The notes below the pieces were generated by a model. That model saw only the letters and a program-made list of their open reading frames with translations. It was not told where the DNA came from and searched no databases. The position numbers were made by a program, and so were the translations under genes. From a virus (Duplodnaviria; Caudoviricetes), in IMG/VR virus record IMGVR_UViG_3300007539_000025, positions 1 to 53,816 of that record: a stretch of 53,816 nt of DNA, one strand, 5' to 3'. Of the stretch, positions 28,642 to 39,830 are shown piece after piece (the first letter of the stretch is position 1; every line of letters starts with the position of its first letter).

Positions 28642-29376
28642 ATGGCAGTAAGTATAGATACGGTATATCAAAGAGTATTAGCTATAGCAAACAAAGAACA
28701 AAGAGGTTATATAACACCTCAAGAGTTTAATCTTTTTGCTAATCAAGCTCAAATGGATATTTTTGAGCAATACTTTTATGATCAAAATGCTTTTTTGAGA
28801 ACACCTACAAATGATACAACTTACTCTGACATGATTGATTTGTTAGGAGAAAAAATAGATCACTTTGAAAAATACAGGCAAGCTGTAACCATGTCTACAA
28901 GTGTAGCTGGTGAAGGTACATTACCTGATTATTATAGGTTAGGTGAACTATATACAAACAAGTGTGGTAAATATGTTGAAATAGAGTTGATACCTCAAAA
29001 CGAAATATTCCACATACTAAACTCGCCACTAACAGCACCTACAACTAGTAGACCTGTTTACGTAAGAAATAGCGGTGGTACAGCCACTGATAGAGAACGT
29101 AGAATACAAATATATCCTACAACAATAGATAATAACGCCACTGTTATATGTAACTATATAGCAAGACCCGCTACTGTTCAGTGGGCTTATACTGTTGTTA
29201 ATGATAAAGCTTTATATAACTCTACTGTTTCTGTTGACTTTGAGTTACATGAGTCTGAAGAAACCGAGCTTGTTATAAAAATATTAGCTTTAGCTGGTAT
29301 ACAAATGAAAGATCCTGGGCTTTATCAAATAGCTGCTCAAGAAGACGTTAAAAACGAACAACAAGAAAAACAATAA
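28642..29376 (+). CDS. tail tubular/adaptor protein
   Basis: ANKEQRGYITPQEFNLFANQAQ; position after the capsid block. Confidence 0.7.
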   Translation: MAVSIDTVYQRVLAIANKEQRGYITPQEFNLFANQAQMDIFEQYFYDQNAFLRTPTNDTTYSDMIDLLGEKIDHFEKYRQAVTMSTSVAGEGTLPDYYRLGELYTNKCGKYVEIELIPQNEIFHILNSPLTAPTTSRPVYVRNSGGTATDRERRIQIYPTTIDNNATVICNYIARPATVQWAYTVVNDKALYNSTVSVDFELHESEETELVIKILALAGIQMKDPGLYQIAAQEDVKNEQQEKQ

Positions 29377-29379
29377 GAT

Positions 29380-30471
29380 ATGCCACTATTTACAGGAACG
29401 CAACAAAGATATTACGACAACGCTCAGTCATTTACTGGTGATGGATCAACTACAGAATTTACTCTGTTGTTTAACCCACTACCGACTGATGTTGGTTTGT
29501 TTATAGTATTTATAAACAATCAACAGGTTAGTCAGACTTTGTACGATGCAACACCTTATAATAGTTCAACAGGTGTTATAACATTTGATACTGCTCCTGC
29601 TGCTGGTGCTTCAATAGTAGTACAGCAAATAAACTTTGATGAAAACTTAGGTAACTACCAGTTTATAGAGTTAGATGATATTATAAATAACTTTATAATT
29701 TCTTATGTAGGTAGCGAAAAGTTAATAACAAAAGTAAAAAGAGCTGATGTAGCTTTTCACGCGCAAAGAGGTTTGCAAGAACTAAGCTACGATACATTTA
29801 AAAGTATTAAGTCTCAAGAAATAGAATTACCACCATCATTGTCAATGAGAATGCCTCATGATTACGTTAACTATGTAAAGTTAACTTGGAAAGACGATGA
29901 CGGTATAGAACATATTATATATCCAACTAGAAACACTAGCAACCCTTCACCTTTACTTCAAGATGATCAATACGATTATACATATAATCAAGATGAAGAG
30001 TTGTTAAAAGCACAAGATTCAAATACATGGTTAGCATTTCAAGATGTAGAAACAACATCGTCAGAAGATGTACACGCTAACATATACGATCATTTAACAG
30101 ATGCTGGTAGAAGATTTGGTTTAAATCCAGAAACAACACAATCAAACGGTTTGTTTTATATTGATCCAGCAAGAGGTAGAATATACTTTAGTAGTGATTT
30201 AACTGGTAAATGTATAACTTTAAAATATATAAGCGACAGTTTGGGTACTGAGGAAGAAATGGTTGTACATAAATTTGCTGAAGAGGCAATGTACAAATAT
30301 ATAGCACACGCTATATTATCAACCAGAATGAACGTGCCAGAATATCTTGTAGCAAGATTTAAAAAAGAAAGATTTGCAGCCATTAGACAAGCTAAGCTTA
30401 GATTATCTAGTTTAAAAATGGAAGAGCTAGCTCAAGTAATGAGAGGTAAATCTAAACAGATAAAACACTAA
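29380..30471 (+). CDS. tail ring/structural protein
   Basis: N-terminal FTGDGSTTEF beta domain; MPHDYVNYVKL. Confidence 0.7.
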   Translation: MPLFTGTQQRYYDNAQSFTGDGSTTEFTLLFNPLPTDVGLFIVFINNQQVSQTLYDATPYNSSTGVITFDTAPAAGASIVVQQINFDENLGNYQFIELDDIINNFIISYVGSEKLITKVKRADVAFHAQRGLQELSYDTFKSIKSQEIELPPSLSMRMPHDYVNYVKLTWKDDDGIEHIIYPTRNTSNPSPLLQDDQYDYTYNQDEELLKAQDSNTWLAFQDVETTSSEDVHANIYDHLTDAGRRFGLNPETTQSNGLFYIDPARGRIYFSSDLTGKCITLKYISDSLGTEEEMVVHKFAEEAMYKYIAHAILSTRMNVPEYLVARFKKERFAAIRQAKLRLSSLKMEELAQVMRGKSKQIKH

Positions 30472-30474
30472 AAT

Positions 30475-33400
30475 ATGCCAGAAATTAAGCACCACTTTCG
30501 TGCAGGTAAAATGAATAAAGACCTGGACGAGAGATTAGTTCCTAATGGTGAATATAGAGACGCATTGAATGTACAGGTAGCAACCTCAGAAGGTGATGAT
30601 GTTGGTGCTTTACAAAACGTGCTTGGTAATCAAGTTAGAAGTAGTATATCGCTTTCTAGCGCAAAATGTATTGGTGTTGTAGATGATCAAGAAAACGATA
30701 AAATATACTGGTTTGTAACTAATAACTCAACACACATTATAGCTGAGTATGAAACAAACACAAAAACAGTAACACCTATACTAGTAGACACTAACGATGT
30801 TTTACAGTTTAATAAAAACTTACTTATAACTGGTATAAACATTATAGATGGTTTACTTTTCTTCACTGATGACAATTCAGAGCCAAAAGTTATTAATATA
30901 CAAAAATTCAAAGATGGCTCAACAAACTTCACTACACATACTCAATTAACAGATCAATCAGGTACAGCTTATAATTTTCAAGAAGCAGATGTTGTTGTTA
31001 TAAAGCCAGCTCCAGATGAAGCGCCTTCTCTAACTATGTTTGATACAGATAGGATAGATTCTGATGGAAATCCTATGAACACAAAAACAACGTGGCATTT
31101 TGATCCTTACGTAGCTGGATCGTTAAGAGAGATAGGTTCTACGCTTACTATATATGTTCAAAACTTAGCTTGGGAAGTTGGAGACACTATATTAGCTTCT
31201 GGAGGTACTGATGGCGATATTTTCGCGGATGAGTTTCAAAGTAGTTGGACTGTAACATCTGGGAATTTTTATTCAAAAACAATAAGATTAGAATCGATAC
31301 CTGAAGATATATCATCTGGCGCATCAGATTGGACATTTTCTTTGTTACAAGAAGATGCTTTATTTGAAAAGGATTTTGTAAGGTTTGCTTATAGATATAA
31401 ATATAATGACGGTGAATACACACCATTTTCACCTTTTTCACAAGTTGCTTTTTTACCAGCTCAAGAAGAGTTTGAGTATGACCCATCCCAAGGTTACAAC
31501 ACAGGTATGGTTAATAATGTTAGAACATTAAAAATAGCTGGTTTTAGACCAGCGGATATACCTAAACAAGTTGAAGAAGTTGAGTTGTTGTTTAAAAAAG
31601 ATATAAGCACCAACGTTTACAGTGTAGAAACGTTTACAGTTGAAGATGCTGAGTGGGGTAGTAATGAATTTCAAATAACTTCTGAAATAATACATAAAAT
31701 ACTGCCTTCTATGCAGTTATTAAGGCCATGGGATAATGTTCCTTTGAAGGCTAAATCCCAAGAACTTGTCGCTAATAGAATAGTTTATGGTAATTATTTA
31801 CAAAACTTTAATATGGTTGATAGTGGAAACACTAACGTTAAACCTGAGTTTGAAATAAATGTAGACGGTAATGGCTTTTTAGATGTTTCAGATTTTAGTG
31901 ACTCAACTGTACCGCCAGGTAAATCAATAAAATCTATGAGACAATATCAATTAGGTGTTGTTTATAGAGATAAGTATGGTAGAGAAACACCAGTACAAAC
32001 TAGCGACAGTGGGGGTTTAAATATACAAAAAACATCAGCGGATAAATACAATAGAATAAAAGTAAAATTAAACAACAACCCTCCTTCTTTTGCAACATCT
32101 TATAAATACTTTATAAAAGACGCTAGTAATCAATATTATAATCTAGCTCAAGATAGATGGTATGATGCTGAAGATGGTAATATATGGTTAAGTTTTCCTT
32201 CTTCCGAAAGAAACAAGATAGACGAAGAAACTTTTTTAATATTAAAAAAAGCACACGACGGAACAGATTTAGTTACATCTTCTGCTAAATATAAAATTAT
32301 AGATATAGCTAACGAAGCTCCTTTAGAATTAAAACAAATAAAAGCAATATTCGGTAGAGGCTCAAAAGGTTTTACTCCAACTTTTTATACTAATAATTCT
32401 AACTTTCCAAAGCCAGAAGCGTTGTTTTTTGAAATATATGATGGAGATGGTGGTAGTGGTACTGGTTTTGAAGATGACTTTGGATCAACTACTGAAATAT
32501 ACTCTACTTCTGATTTGTGTATAAGAATTTTATCTCCCGGCAGAACATCTAAATGGTACGGCGTGTCTTTTCTAGACAAAACAGGAGTTAACAATATTTT
32601 AAGAATAAACTTAGAAGAAAGGTTTGAAAATGATGTAGCTCAGTTTTTTCCTGATGGCACAGGAACATCTGCAGTTTCTGGGCTTGCTTATGAAATAGCA
32701 CAAACAAAAGTAAAAAACAAACCTGAATTTACAGGTAGGTTTTTTGTAAAAGTATATAAAGATGCTACTTTACAACAACACATTATAAGCTCACAAGCTT
32801 CTGAAAATTTTTCTATTGTAAATTCAGCAAGAGTTAGTATTAGAAAAAATTCTTGTGGTAATCCAGGTAGCTGGCAAGATAATAACACTTTTTCTTCTAG
32901 AAAATTAAGGTGGTTTTGGTCACACTGTAACGTGCATAGATGGAGAGGACCTCATGGTGGTCCTGGAAAAGATAGATCATGGGCTGCTGCTTTTAATAAT
33001 CACAATACTTTCAATAGTAGTTCTTTTAGAACAAACCCTGTTAAAATAGGTAGAGACACTATAACACTAGGTTTTCATTGGATGGAAGATAGTATTAGTT
33101 TGGCTAAAATTAGAAACGCAAACAACGGTGTACATAGAGAGTTTTTAGACGCATTGTTAACTGTAGGAACTAAAATAAGATTTACTAACGATCCTAACGA
33201 CAATGTTTATGAAATAAAAGATTTTGTTTATAGAGGTAGACAGAACTTTGATAAAGGATGGGGTAGAGGCTGGGGTAGCACTAGAGCTATGCAGTTTGGA
33301 TTTAAATTAGACAAACCTATTCAAGATTGGGATATAACAACTGATCAAAGTTTTCCACCTAGCTCTTACGCAATGTCTCAAATAGAGATATTAGATTCTT

Positions 33401-34725
33401 ACGACACAGCTGCATACAAAACAACAAATCCAGCTATATGGGAGACAGAACCAAAAGAGCAAGTTGAATTAGATATATATTATGAAGCAAGTAATGCTTT
33501 ACCTATGACTGTTCATGGTTTAGAGCAAAGTTTAGATTACTTTAACTGCTACAGTTTTGGTAACGGTGTAGAGTCAAATAGAATTAGAGACGATTTTAAT
33601 GCACCTACAATATCCAAAGGCGTTAAAGCATCTGCTCCATTAGCAGAGCAATATAAGCAAGAAAGAAGAAAAAGTGGTTTAATATATTCACAAATATATA
33701 ACTCTACATCTGGTTTAAATGGTACTAATCAATTTATACAAGCAGATAAGATAACAAAAGATCTAAATCCAGAGTATGGTAGTATACAAAAACTACACGT
33801 TAGAGGTACAGATATATTAGCTTTATGTGAAGATAAAGTTGTTAAAATATTAGCAAACAAAGACGCTTTGTTTAATGCAGACGGTAATGCTAACTTAACA
33901 GCATCAAACGCTGTTCTAGGTCAAGCTATTATACCACCAACTTTTGGTGAGTTTGGTATAAGTAAAAACCCAGAAAGTTTTGCTTATGATGGTTACAGAG
34001 CTTATTTTACAGATAAAGCAAGAGGAGCTGTTCTTAGATTATCTATGGACGGTATAACACCTATATCTAGCTACGGTATGAGTGATTACTTTGGCGATAC
34101 ATTAGCTAATATGCAAAAAGCTATAGGAAGTTTTGATGCTAATCAAGGGGTTTATAGTTTGTCTTTATATAGAAAACCAGGTTATCAACAAGTTGAAGCT
34201 GAAACTTTAAACTTTAAAGAAGAAGTACAAGGTTGGACTAGTTTTGCATCATACATACCAGAACAAGGTATATCTATAAATGATGAGTTTTACACGTTTA
34301 AAAACGGTGAAATATGGCAACATGACAACGAAACAAGAAACAACTATTATGGTGTACAGTATAATAGTAAAGTTAAAGTAGTTTTTAATGAAATGCCAGA
34401 TATGATAAAAACATTTAAAACTTTAAATTACGAAGGTACACAAGCTTACTGGCAGCAGAATTTAACAGACTCAGAGTATTATAATAATCAAACTATCAAC
34501 GGTTGGTATGCTGGTAGTATTGAAACAGATATGCAGTCTGGTTACGTAAAAGAGTTTAAAGAAAAAGAAGGTAAGTGGTTCAATTATATACACGGAACAG
34601 CTACAACACTATCTAACTTAGACACATCAGAGTTTAGTGTACAGGGTATAGGTCAATTAAACGCTATATCTGGTGATACTGCACCTACACAAATAACAAT
34701 AACAGTAGTTGAAAATAACGATTAA
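30475..34725 (+). CDS. tail stabilisation/nozzle protein (P22 gp10-like)
   Basis: GKMNKDLDERLVPNGEYRDALN N-terminus and KEKEGKWF C-terminus; beta-propeller-like. Confidence 0.8.
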   Translation: MPEIKHHFRAGKMNKDLDERLVPNGEYRDALNVQVATSEGDDVGALQNVLGNQVRSSISLSSAKCIGVVDDQENDKIYWFVTNNSTHIIAEYETNTKTVTPILVDTNDVLQFNKNLLITGINIIDGLLFFTDDNSEPKVINIQKFKDGSTNFTTHTQLTDQSGTAYNFQEADVVVIKPAPDEAPSLTMFDTDRIDSDGNPMNTKTTWHFDPYVAGSLREIGSTLTIYVQNLAWEVGDTILASGGTDGDIFADEFQSSWTVTSGNFYSKTIRLESIPEDISSGASDWTFSLLQEDALFEKDFVRFAYRYKYNDGEYTPFSPFSQVAFLPAQEEFEYDPSQGYNTGMVNNVRTLKIAGFRPADIPKQVEEVELLFKKDISTNVYSVETFTVEDAEWGSNEFQITSEIIHKILPSMQLLRPWDNVPLKAKSQELVANRIVYGNYLQNFNMVDSGNTNVKPEFEINVDGNGFLDVSDFSDSTVPPGKSIKSMRQYQLGVVYRDKYGRETPVQTSDSGGLNIQKTSADKYNRIKVKLNNNPPSFATSYKYFIKDASNQYYNLAQDRWYDAEDGNIWLSFPSSERNKIDEETFLILKKAHDGTDLVTSSAKYKIIDIANEAPLELKQIKAIFGRGSKGFTPTFYTNNSNFPKPEALFFEIYDGDGGSGTGFEDDFGSTTEIYSTSDLCIRILSPGRTSKWYGVSFLDKTGVNNILRINLEERFENDVAQFFPDGTGTSAVSGLAYEIAQTKVKNKPEFTGRFFVKVYKDATLQQHIISSQASENFSIVNSARVSIRKNSCGNPGSWQDNNTFSSRKLRWFWSHCNVHRWRGPHGGPGKDRSWAAAFNNHNTFNSSSFRTNPVKIGRDTITLGFHWMEDSISLAKIRNANNGVHREFLDALLTVGTKIRFTNDPNDNVYEIKDFVYRGRQNFDKGWGRGWGSTRAMQFGFKLDKPIQDWDITTDQSFPPSSYAMSQIEILDSYDTAAYKTTNPAIWETEPKEQVELDIYYEASNALPMTVHGLEQSLDYFNCYSFGNGVESNRIRDDFNAPTISKGVKASAPLAEQYKQERRKSGLIYSQIYNSTSGLNGTNQFIQADKITKDLNPEYGSIQKLHVRGTDILALCEDKVVKILANKDALFNADGNANLTASNAVLGQAIIPPTFGEFGISKNPESFAYDGYRAYFTDKARGAVLRLSMDGITPISSYGMSDYFGDTLANMQKAIGSFDANQGVYSLSLYRKPGYQQVEAETLNFKEEVQGWTSFASYIPEQGISINDEFYTFKNGEIWQHDNETRNNYYGVQYNSKVKVVFNEMPDMIKTFKTLNYEGTQAYWQQNLTDSEYYNNQTINGWYAGSIETDMQSGYVKEFKEKEGKWFNYIHGTATTLSNLDTSEFSVQGIGQLNAISGDTAPTQITITVVENND

Positions 34726-34727
34726 AC

Positions 34728-37544
34728 ATGGCATTAACAAATTGTAGTATAAATCAAGGATCGATAGTCGTAGGAGCAAGCGCTGCTATAGGTAGTACAT
34801 CTAATATTGTGCTAACAATAACACCAAACGCTGGCTATGTACTAAGTGAGTCTGATTTTACAATAGCATCACCGCCTACTGGTATATCAACAATAACAAA
34901 AGCTAACACAGCTACAGCTTATGCAACTAACAATACAGTTAGTATAACATGTGATTTAGATGACAGTTATGTTGTTGGTACTACAGACGAAACGTTTGTA
35001 ATAGATGTTGATGGTGCTGCAGTTTTGGCTCAAGAAAAACCTATATCTGTATCAGGTACATTTACTTATTCAGGTACAAACACAGCTGTAACATCAGAAA
35101 CAGGCTCTTATACAAATTCAGGTTTTGAAGGTGAAACAGAAGTTGTTTTAACAAAAACATTTACAGCTAACTCTGGTTATTATTTTACAACAGACCCCAC
35201 TGTAGCGATTTCAGCAGGTTCTTACAGTAGTAACTACAGCGTGTCTAACGGAAGTAGAGTATATGATTCAGATAATAATTTAACAGCTGTAACAGTAACT
35301 ATATCTTATACATATCCGTCAGTTGATCAGACGGGTCACACTATAAGTTTAACTTTAGCCGCAGTTCAGATACCTGTAGTTAGCAGGTTAATAACAAATG
35401 CTTCTACAGTTACAACTTCTTTTTCTGGATCTACTACTAGACCATTAACTGTGTCCTCTACAACAACAGACTCTAATTATGCTATAACAGTAACTAGAAC
35501 TAGTGATAATTTTACGTATGATTTTACAACCGACACCTTTACTAACACAGCGACATCTGATACAGGTTCTATAGGTTCCGGAAGTATATTACAAAAAGAC
35601 ATCGTGTATCCATCTAACAGCTCTGGCGATACGTATAATATATCGGTAGCAGGAGATGGTACAACTACACTAACTACAGAAAACGTAGATACTGATAATA
35701 CACCTTTTGCATTATCTTTAACGCAAGTAGCTCCAATATCTATAACTATAGATGCTGATAGTGGTTTTAGTGGTCATTCTTTTACTTATACAAACTGCGG
35801 TCCTCATTATCTAACACCAAATAATGATTACATAGATGGTAATGGTGATCCTGGATTGACAAAAGATATAACTATAGCAATAACTAGAGGTGGTAATAAT
35901 ATACAGCTTAGAGATACTACACCTGAGTTTCCTACTGATTTTGATAACACAGATCCTACTTCAAATGGTGGTTTGGATTTTCAAATAGATGATTTAGTTA
36001 TAACAGGAAATGGAACAAGCACTATAACACTAACAGGTAAATTAGGTATAAATGAAACTCAAGTTTCTTCGGTTGTTAGTTCGTTTTTAGTTGATAATAT
36101 AATCAACGTGCCACCAGTATCTTCTAATTTAACTCTAACTGTGGCAAGAAACGCTAATGGAACAGTAACTTTATCGTCTACTGATTACAATAATGATACC
36201 TTAACACATGCTTTAGTTGGTGGTTTATCAAGTAGTACTGGTACAATATCATTAAGTGGTGATGTTGTTACATACGCTAACAATGGCAGCACCACATTAA
36301 GTGATACTTTCCAGTACAAAGCAAATGATGGTATTGAAGACGGTAACACAGCTACTGTTAGCATAACAATAACAAACACAGCTCCAGTTTCATCTAATAT
36401 ATCAATAGCTGTAAATAAAGGTGGTAGTAAAGTATTTTCGTTTAGTTCTACAGATGCTGAAAATGATACACTAACACATTCTATAGTAGCAAACCCTAGT
36501 GTTGGTAGTTTGAGTGGAGTAAACGACGCTGGTGGTACTTACACGCATAATAACTCTAGTACACTTACAGATTCATTTACATATAGAGCTAATGATGGTA
36601 TTTCAAACGGCAATACGGCTACGGCAAACGTAGCTGTTGGTGTTGCACCAGGTTCTAGCATAACAACAAATGGTGATGAAGGTGTTTATTTAGTTCCAAT
36701 GATAGTTGGTACAGACGCTGGTACTTTAAAAGTGCATTTTAATGCAATATCTGTGCCAGATAGATTTCAAATATTATTTGATACGGCTGGTACATCTAAC
36801 AATATAGCTGACATGGAAGTTGTTGCAGATTCTTTATATGTAGGAGATGGCGTAAGCTCTACAGCACCAGCCAATGGAACTACAACAGGTGCTAATGAAT
36901 ATACATACGTAGGTAGTGGAGGTGATGCAACTGGTACAGGAGAACCTGGTGCTGCTTGGGATAAAACAGGTAATGCTAATCAAAGCATAATAGTTTCAGA
37001 CACTGTTGTAACTGTAGACACAACTGACAGATCAAGTAATCCAGCTGATACAACTTCTTTAGGTGTATCAAGAAACACTTCTGGAACACAAGCTACTCAA
37101 ACTGGTGTTCAAGCGGGTGTGTTTACAAGTAACACCGCTACATCTTTAACAACTGGTTTAGATAGAAGCGATGGTAATGTTTGTTTATATTACACTAAAT
37201 CAGCAACTACAGCTTATACAGCTTACTTAAGAGTTCTTGCTCCTGTATCTGGAACAGCTTGGAACATACATCAAACAGAGTTTAGCTCTGCTTTTGGATA
37301 CGCTTTTGCTCAAGCATCTGGACCAGCGTGTTCTACACCTGAATCTAGTATAAATTCAAACAATTTAGCTTACTTTGAAGACGACGTGTTTACTAACGGT
37401 AAGAAAGTATATATAGACTCAGAAAAAACACAAGTTTTAGTAGGAAATGGAAACGTTTATAAGTTTTTTGTTGGAACTGGAGCATATGGAACTATTAGCT
37501 CAACAGGCGTAATTTCTTCTGCAGGATTCTGTGGAACACCTTAA
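34728..37544 (+). CDS. T/S-rich structural protein with Ig/cadherin-like repeats
   Basis: Two NxxPVSSN...D.F.Y.ANDG repeats at about 36105-36645. Confidence 0.75.
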   Translation: MALTNCSINQGSIVVGASAAIGSTSNIVLTITPNAGYVLSESDFTIASPPTGISTITKANTATAYATNNTVSITCDLDDSYVVGTTDETFVIDVDGAAVLAQEKPISVSGTFTYSGTNTAVTSETGSYTNSGFEGETEVVLTKTFTANSGYYFTTDPTVAISAGSYSSNYSVSNGSRVYDSDNNLTAVTVTISYTYPSVDQTGHTISLTLAAVQIPVVSRLITNASTVTTSFSGSTTRPLTVSSTTTDSNYAITVTRTSDNFTYDFTTDTFTNTATSDTGSIGSGSILQKDIVYPSNSSGDTYNISVAGDGTTTLTTENVDTDNTPFALSLTQVAPISITIDADSGFSGHSFTYTNCGPHYLTPNNDYIDGNGDPGLTKDITIAITRGGNNIQLRDTTPEFPTDFDNTDPTSNGGLDFQIDDLVITGNGTSTITLTGKLGINETQVSSVVSSFLVDNIINVPPVSSNLTLTVARNANGTVTLSSTDYNNDTLTHALVGGLSSSTGTISLSGDVVTYANNGSTTLSDTFQYKANDGIEDGNTATVSITITNTAPVSSNISIAVNKGGSKVFSFSSTDAENDTLTHSIVANPSVGSLSGVNDAGGTYTHNNSSTLTDSFTYRANDGISNGNTATANVAVGVAPGSSITTNGDEGVYLVPMIVGTDAGTLKVHFNAISVPDRFQILFDTAGTSNNIADMEVVADSLYVGDGVSSTAPANGTTTGANEYTYVGSGGDATGTGEPGAAWDKTGNANQSIIVSDTVVTVDTTDRSSNPADTTSLGVSRNTSGTQATQTGVQAGVFTSNTATSLTTGLDRSDGNVCLYYTKSATTAYTAYLRVLAPVSGTAWNIHQTEFSSAFGYAFAQASGPACSTPESSINSNNLAYFEDDVFTNGKKVYIDSEKTQVLVGNGNVYKFFVGTGAYGTISSTGVISSAGFCGTP

Positions 37545-37554
37545 AAAATAAACT

Positions 37555-37899
37555 ATGGCAAGTATAACATTAACATTTACAAACCCAGTACAAGATTCAG
37601 TACAAGTTGGAGATATAGCTTACTACACTAGCACTAGTGCTGTAGGTGGTTTTACAACTGGTGGTTCTATAATTGAAATGGGATCTATAACGGCTGTAGG
37701 TACATATTCTATAACATGTAACATATCTGATTCAACACCTAGACCATCAGGTACAGATTTTATACTGTTTAGTAAAGACAATAGAGTAAACATGGCTAGT
37801 ATAACAGGTTACTTTGCAGAAGTTGAAATGATAAACAACTCTAACATAGAATCGGAGATCTTTCACTTAAGTAGTGAAACAGTTATAAGTAGTAAATAA
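37555..37899 (+). CDS. small tail structural protein
   Basis: SVQVGDIAYY, FILFSKDN; last gene of the tail block. Confidence 0.7.
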   Translation: MASITLTFTNPVQDSVQVGDIAYYTSTSAVGGFTTGGSIIEMGSITAVGTYSITCNISDSTPRPSGTDFILFSKDNRVNMASITGYFAEVEMINNSNIESEIFHLSSETVISSK

Positions 37900-37944
37900 C
37901 ATGTAATAATAAAATAATAAAGATAACTTAAAAAAACAAGAATT

Positions 37945-38577
37945 ATGGCAATACCACCACAGTTAATAGTAGGCGGTGTAAAAGCCCTTACTAGTATAGC
38001 CGGAGGAATTATTGGCTCTAAGAAAAGAAAACGCGAGCAAAGAGCTGCTCAAGCGAATTATGATAGGCAGTTACAAAGGTTAGAAGGTATGGATACTTCA
38101 AACCCGTATGCAAACTTAGAAAACACCTACGAGGATCTTACAGTAAACACGCAAGAAGCAGAGATGTTAGCTGGACAACAGCAGCAAGCTTTAGCTAATA
38201 CTATGGGTAATCTTCAAGGAGCAGCAGGAGGTAGTGGTATAGCTGCATTAGCTCAATCAATGGCTAATCAACAATCACAAAACTTGCAAGCTGCAACAGC
38301 TAGTATAGGTCAACAAGAAGCAAGAAATCAACAACTGGCAGCAGGTCAAGCAGCTGAAATACAGCAAGCAGAACGTAAAGGCGAAATGATGTCTAGACAA
38401 ATGGAAGCTAGTAAAGTTTCAGGTATGTTAGGTAGAGCTGGTCAAAGACTAAGCGCGGCTAATCAAGCTAGGCAAGCGGCTACAAACAGTATAATGGGTG
38501 GTGTTGGTGAAATGGTTGGTATGGGAGCTAGCTTTCTACCAGGCGGAGCTAACAACGCTTTAACCCAAGGGAAATAA
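37945..38577 (+). CDS. putative ejected (pilot) protein 1
   Basis: Hydrophobic G-rich termini around a Q/A-rich coiled coil. Confidence 0.65.
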   Translation: MAIPPQLIVGGVKALTSIAGGIIGSKKRKREQRAAQANYDRQLQRLEGMDTSNPYANLENTYEDLTVNTQEAEMLAGQQQQALANTMGNLQGAAGGSGIAALAQSMANQQSQNLQAATASIGQQEARNQQLAAGQAAEIQQAERKGEMMSRQMEASKVSGMLGRAGQRLSAANQARQAATNSIMGGVGEMVGMGASFLPGGANNALTQGK

Positions 38578-38584
38578 AAACATT

Positions 38585-39826
38585 ATGGCTTACGAAGGAA
38601 CAATATCACAATCGCATTTAGAAGATCTAGCAGGACCAACTGGTGCTCCTGAAAAGATCAACTATGCAGACAGTGTAGAAAATATGTTTGCTCAACAAGC
38701 TAAACAAGCTGATGTTGAGCTTAGAAGAGCTGAAGCTGAAAAGCAGCAAGCTATAAGTAGAACTATAGGTTACATGGACGCAATACCTGATGGTGTTGAA
38801 ACATCTAAAGTACCAGCTAAATACTCAGCGGCAATACAGAGTTGGAGTAAACAAAAACAACAAGAAGCTGCGGAGTATGCTAATGAAATAGCTATAGCAG
38901 AACAAGCAGGTGATTTTCAGTCTGTATTACATTACAAGCAAAAATTTAAAGAAGTTGAAAATGCTTTTGCTAATTTAGATGCTAACTTAACTAACTTTAA
39001 ATCATACAAAGATCAGTGGATAGACGATGTCGATAATGGTAATTTAAGTAATGGCAATAATAGCAAAAAAATAGGTTTATTAGGTAGTGTATATACTGAT
39101 AACATGGACATGCAGTTTTCTGATAGTGGTGATATAACATTTACAAATGAAGAAGGTTTTGTTGATTTTCAAAAGTTACCTAATTATGTATCTAAAAACA
39201 ACAAAGGCGCTACTACTATACTAGAAACAAATGAATCATTATACAACTCTGGCCAAAGGTTAACTAACTCAAAAAGATTATTACTTAAAAATAAGTTAAA
39301 AAGTTTAACTCAAGATAGAGACGAGCTTATATCATTAGCTACAGATGATTTTATAATTGAAGGTGGTTTAGGTATAACAGATCAATCGTTGTTATATGAC
39401 CCTAATAGAACATCTGAGCTTAGAGATAAAGTTATTAATAGCTATATGAATATATTTAGTGATAGTGCTAATTCTGGGTATGTTAACAGAGCTTCTAAGA
39501 CAACAACTCGCGGTGGAGGTGGTTCACAGTCAGATAAAAAATATAACGCGATGATGAACAATATTTCACAAGGTTATAGTTTACTAGCTGATGGTGAGTA
39601 TGAGGCTATAAATAGAGTTTTAAAAGGCGAAGTTTTTTATAATGAAGATGACGGAAAAGTATACTATATAAAAGGTAACATTGTTGAACCTATAGATCCT
39701 AACAATCCAGCTGATATAACCAACATATACACGCACGAAGGTATACCACAAAATTATTGGGGTGAAATAAAATTAGATACGCCAACCACTGATGAAAGTG
39801 GTAGTGGTGCTTATGATAATTTATAA
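38585..39826 (+). CDS. putative ejected protein 2
   Basis: Helical; middle member of the small-medium-huge trio that follows podovirus tail genes. Confidence 0.6.
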   Translation: MAYEGTISQSHLEDLAGPTGAPEKINYADSVENMFAQQAKQADVELRRAEAEKQQAISRTIGYMDAIPDGVETSKVPAKYSAAIQSWSKQKQQEAAEYANEIAIAEQAGDFQSVLHYKQKFKEVENAFANLDANLTNFKSYKDQWIDDVDNGNLSNGNNSKKIGLLGSVYTDNMDMQFSDSGDITFTNEEGFVDFQKLPNYVSKNNKGATTILETNESLYNSGQRLTNSKRLLLKNKLKSLTQDRDELISLATDDFIIEGGLGITDQSLLYDPNRTSELRDKVINSYMNIFSDSANSGYVNRASKTTTRGGGGSQSDKKYNAMMNNISQGYSLLADGEYEAINRVLKGEVFYNEDDGKVYYIKGNIVEPIDPNNPADITNIYTHEGIPQNYWGEIKLDTPTTDESGSGAYDNL

Positions 39827-39830
39827 TTAA

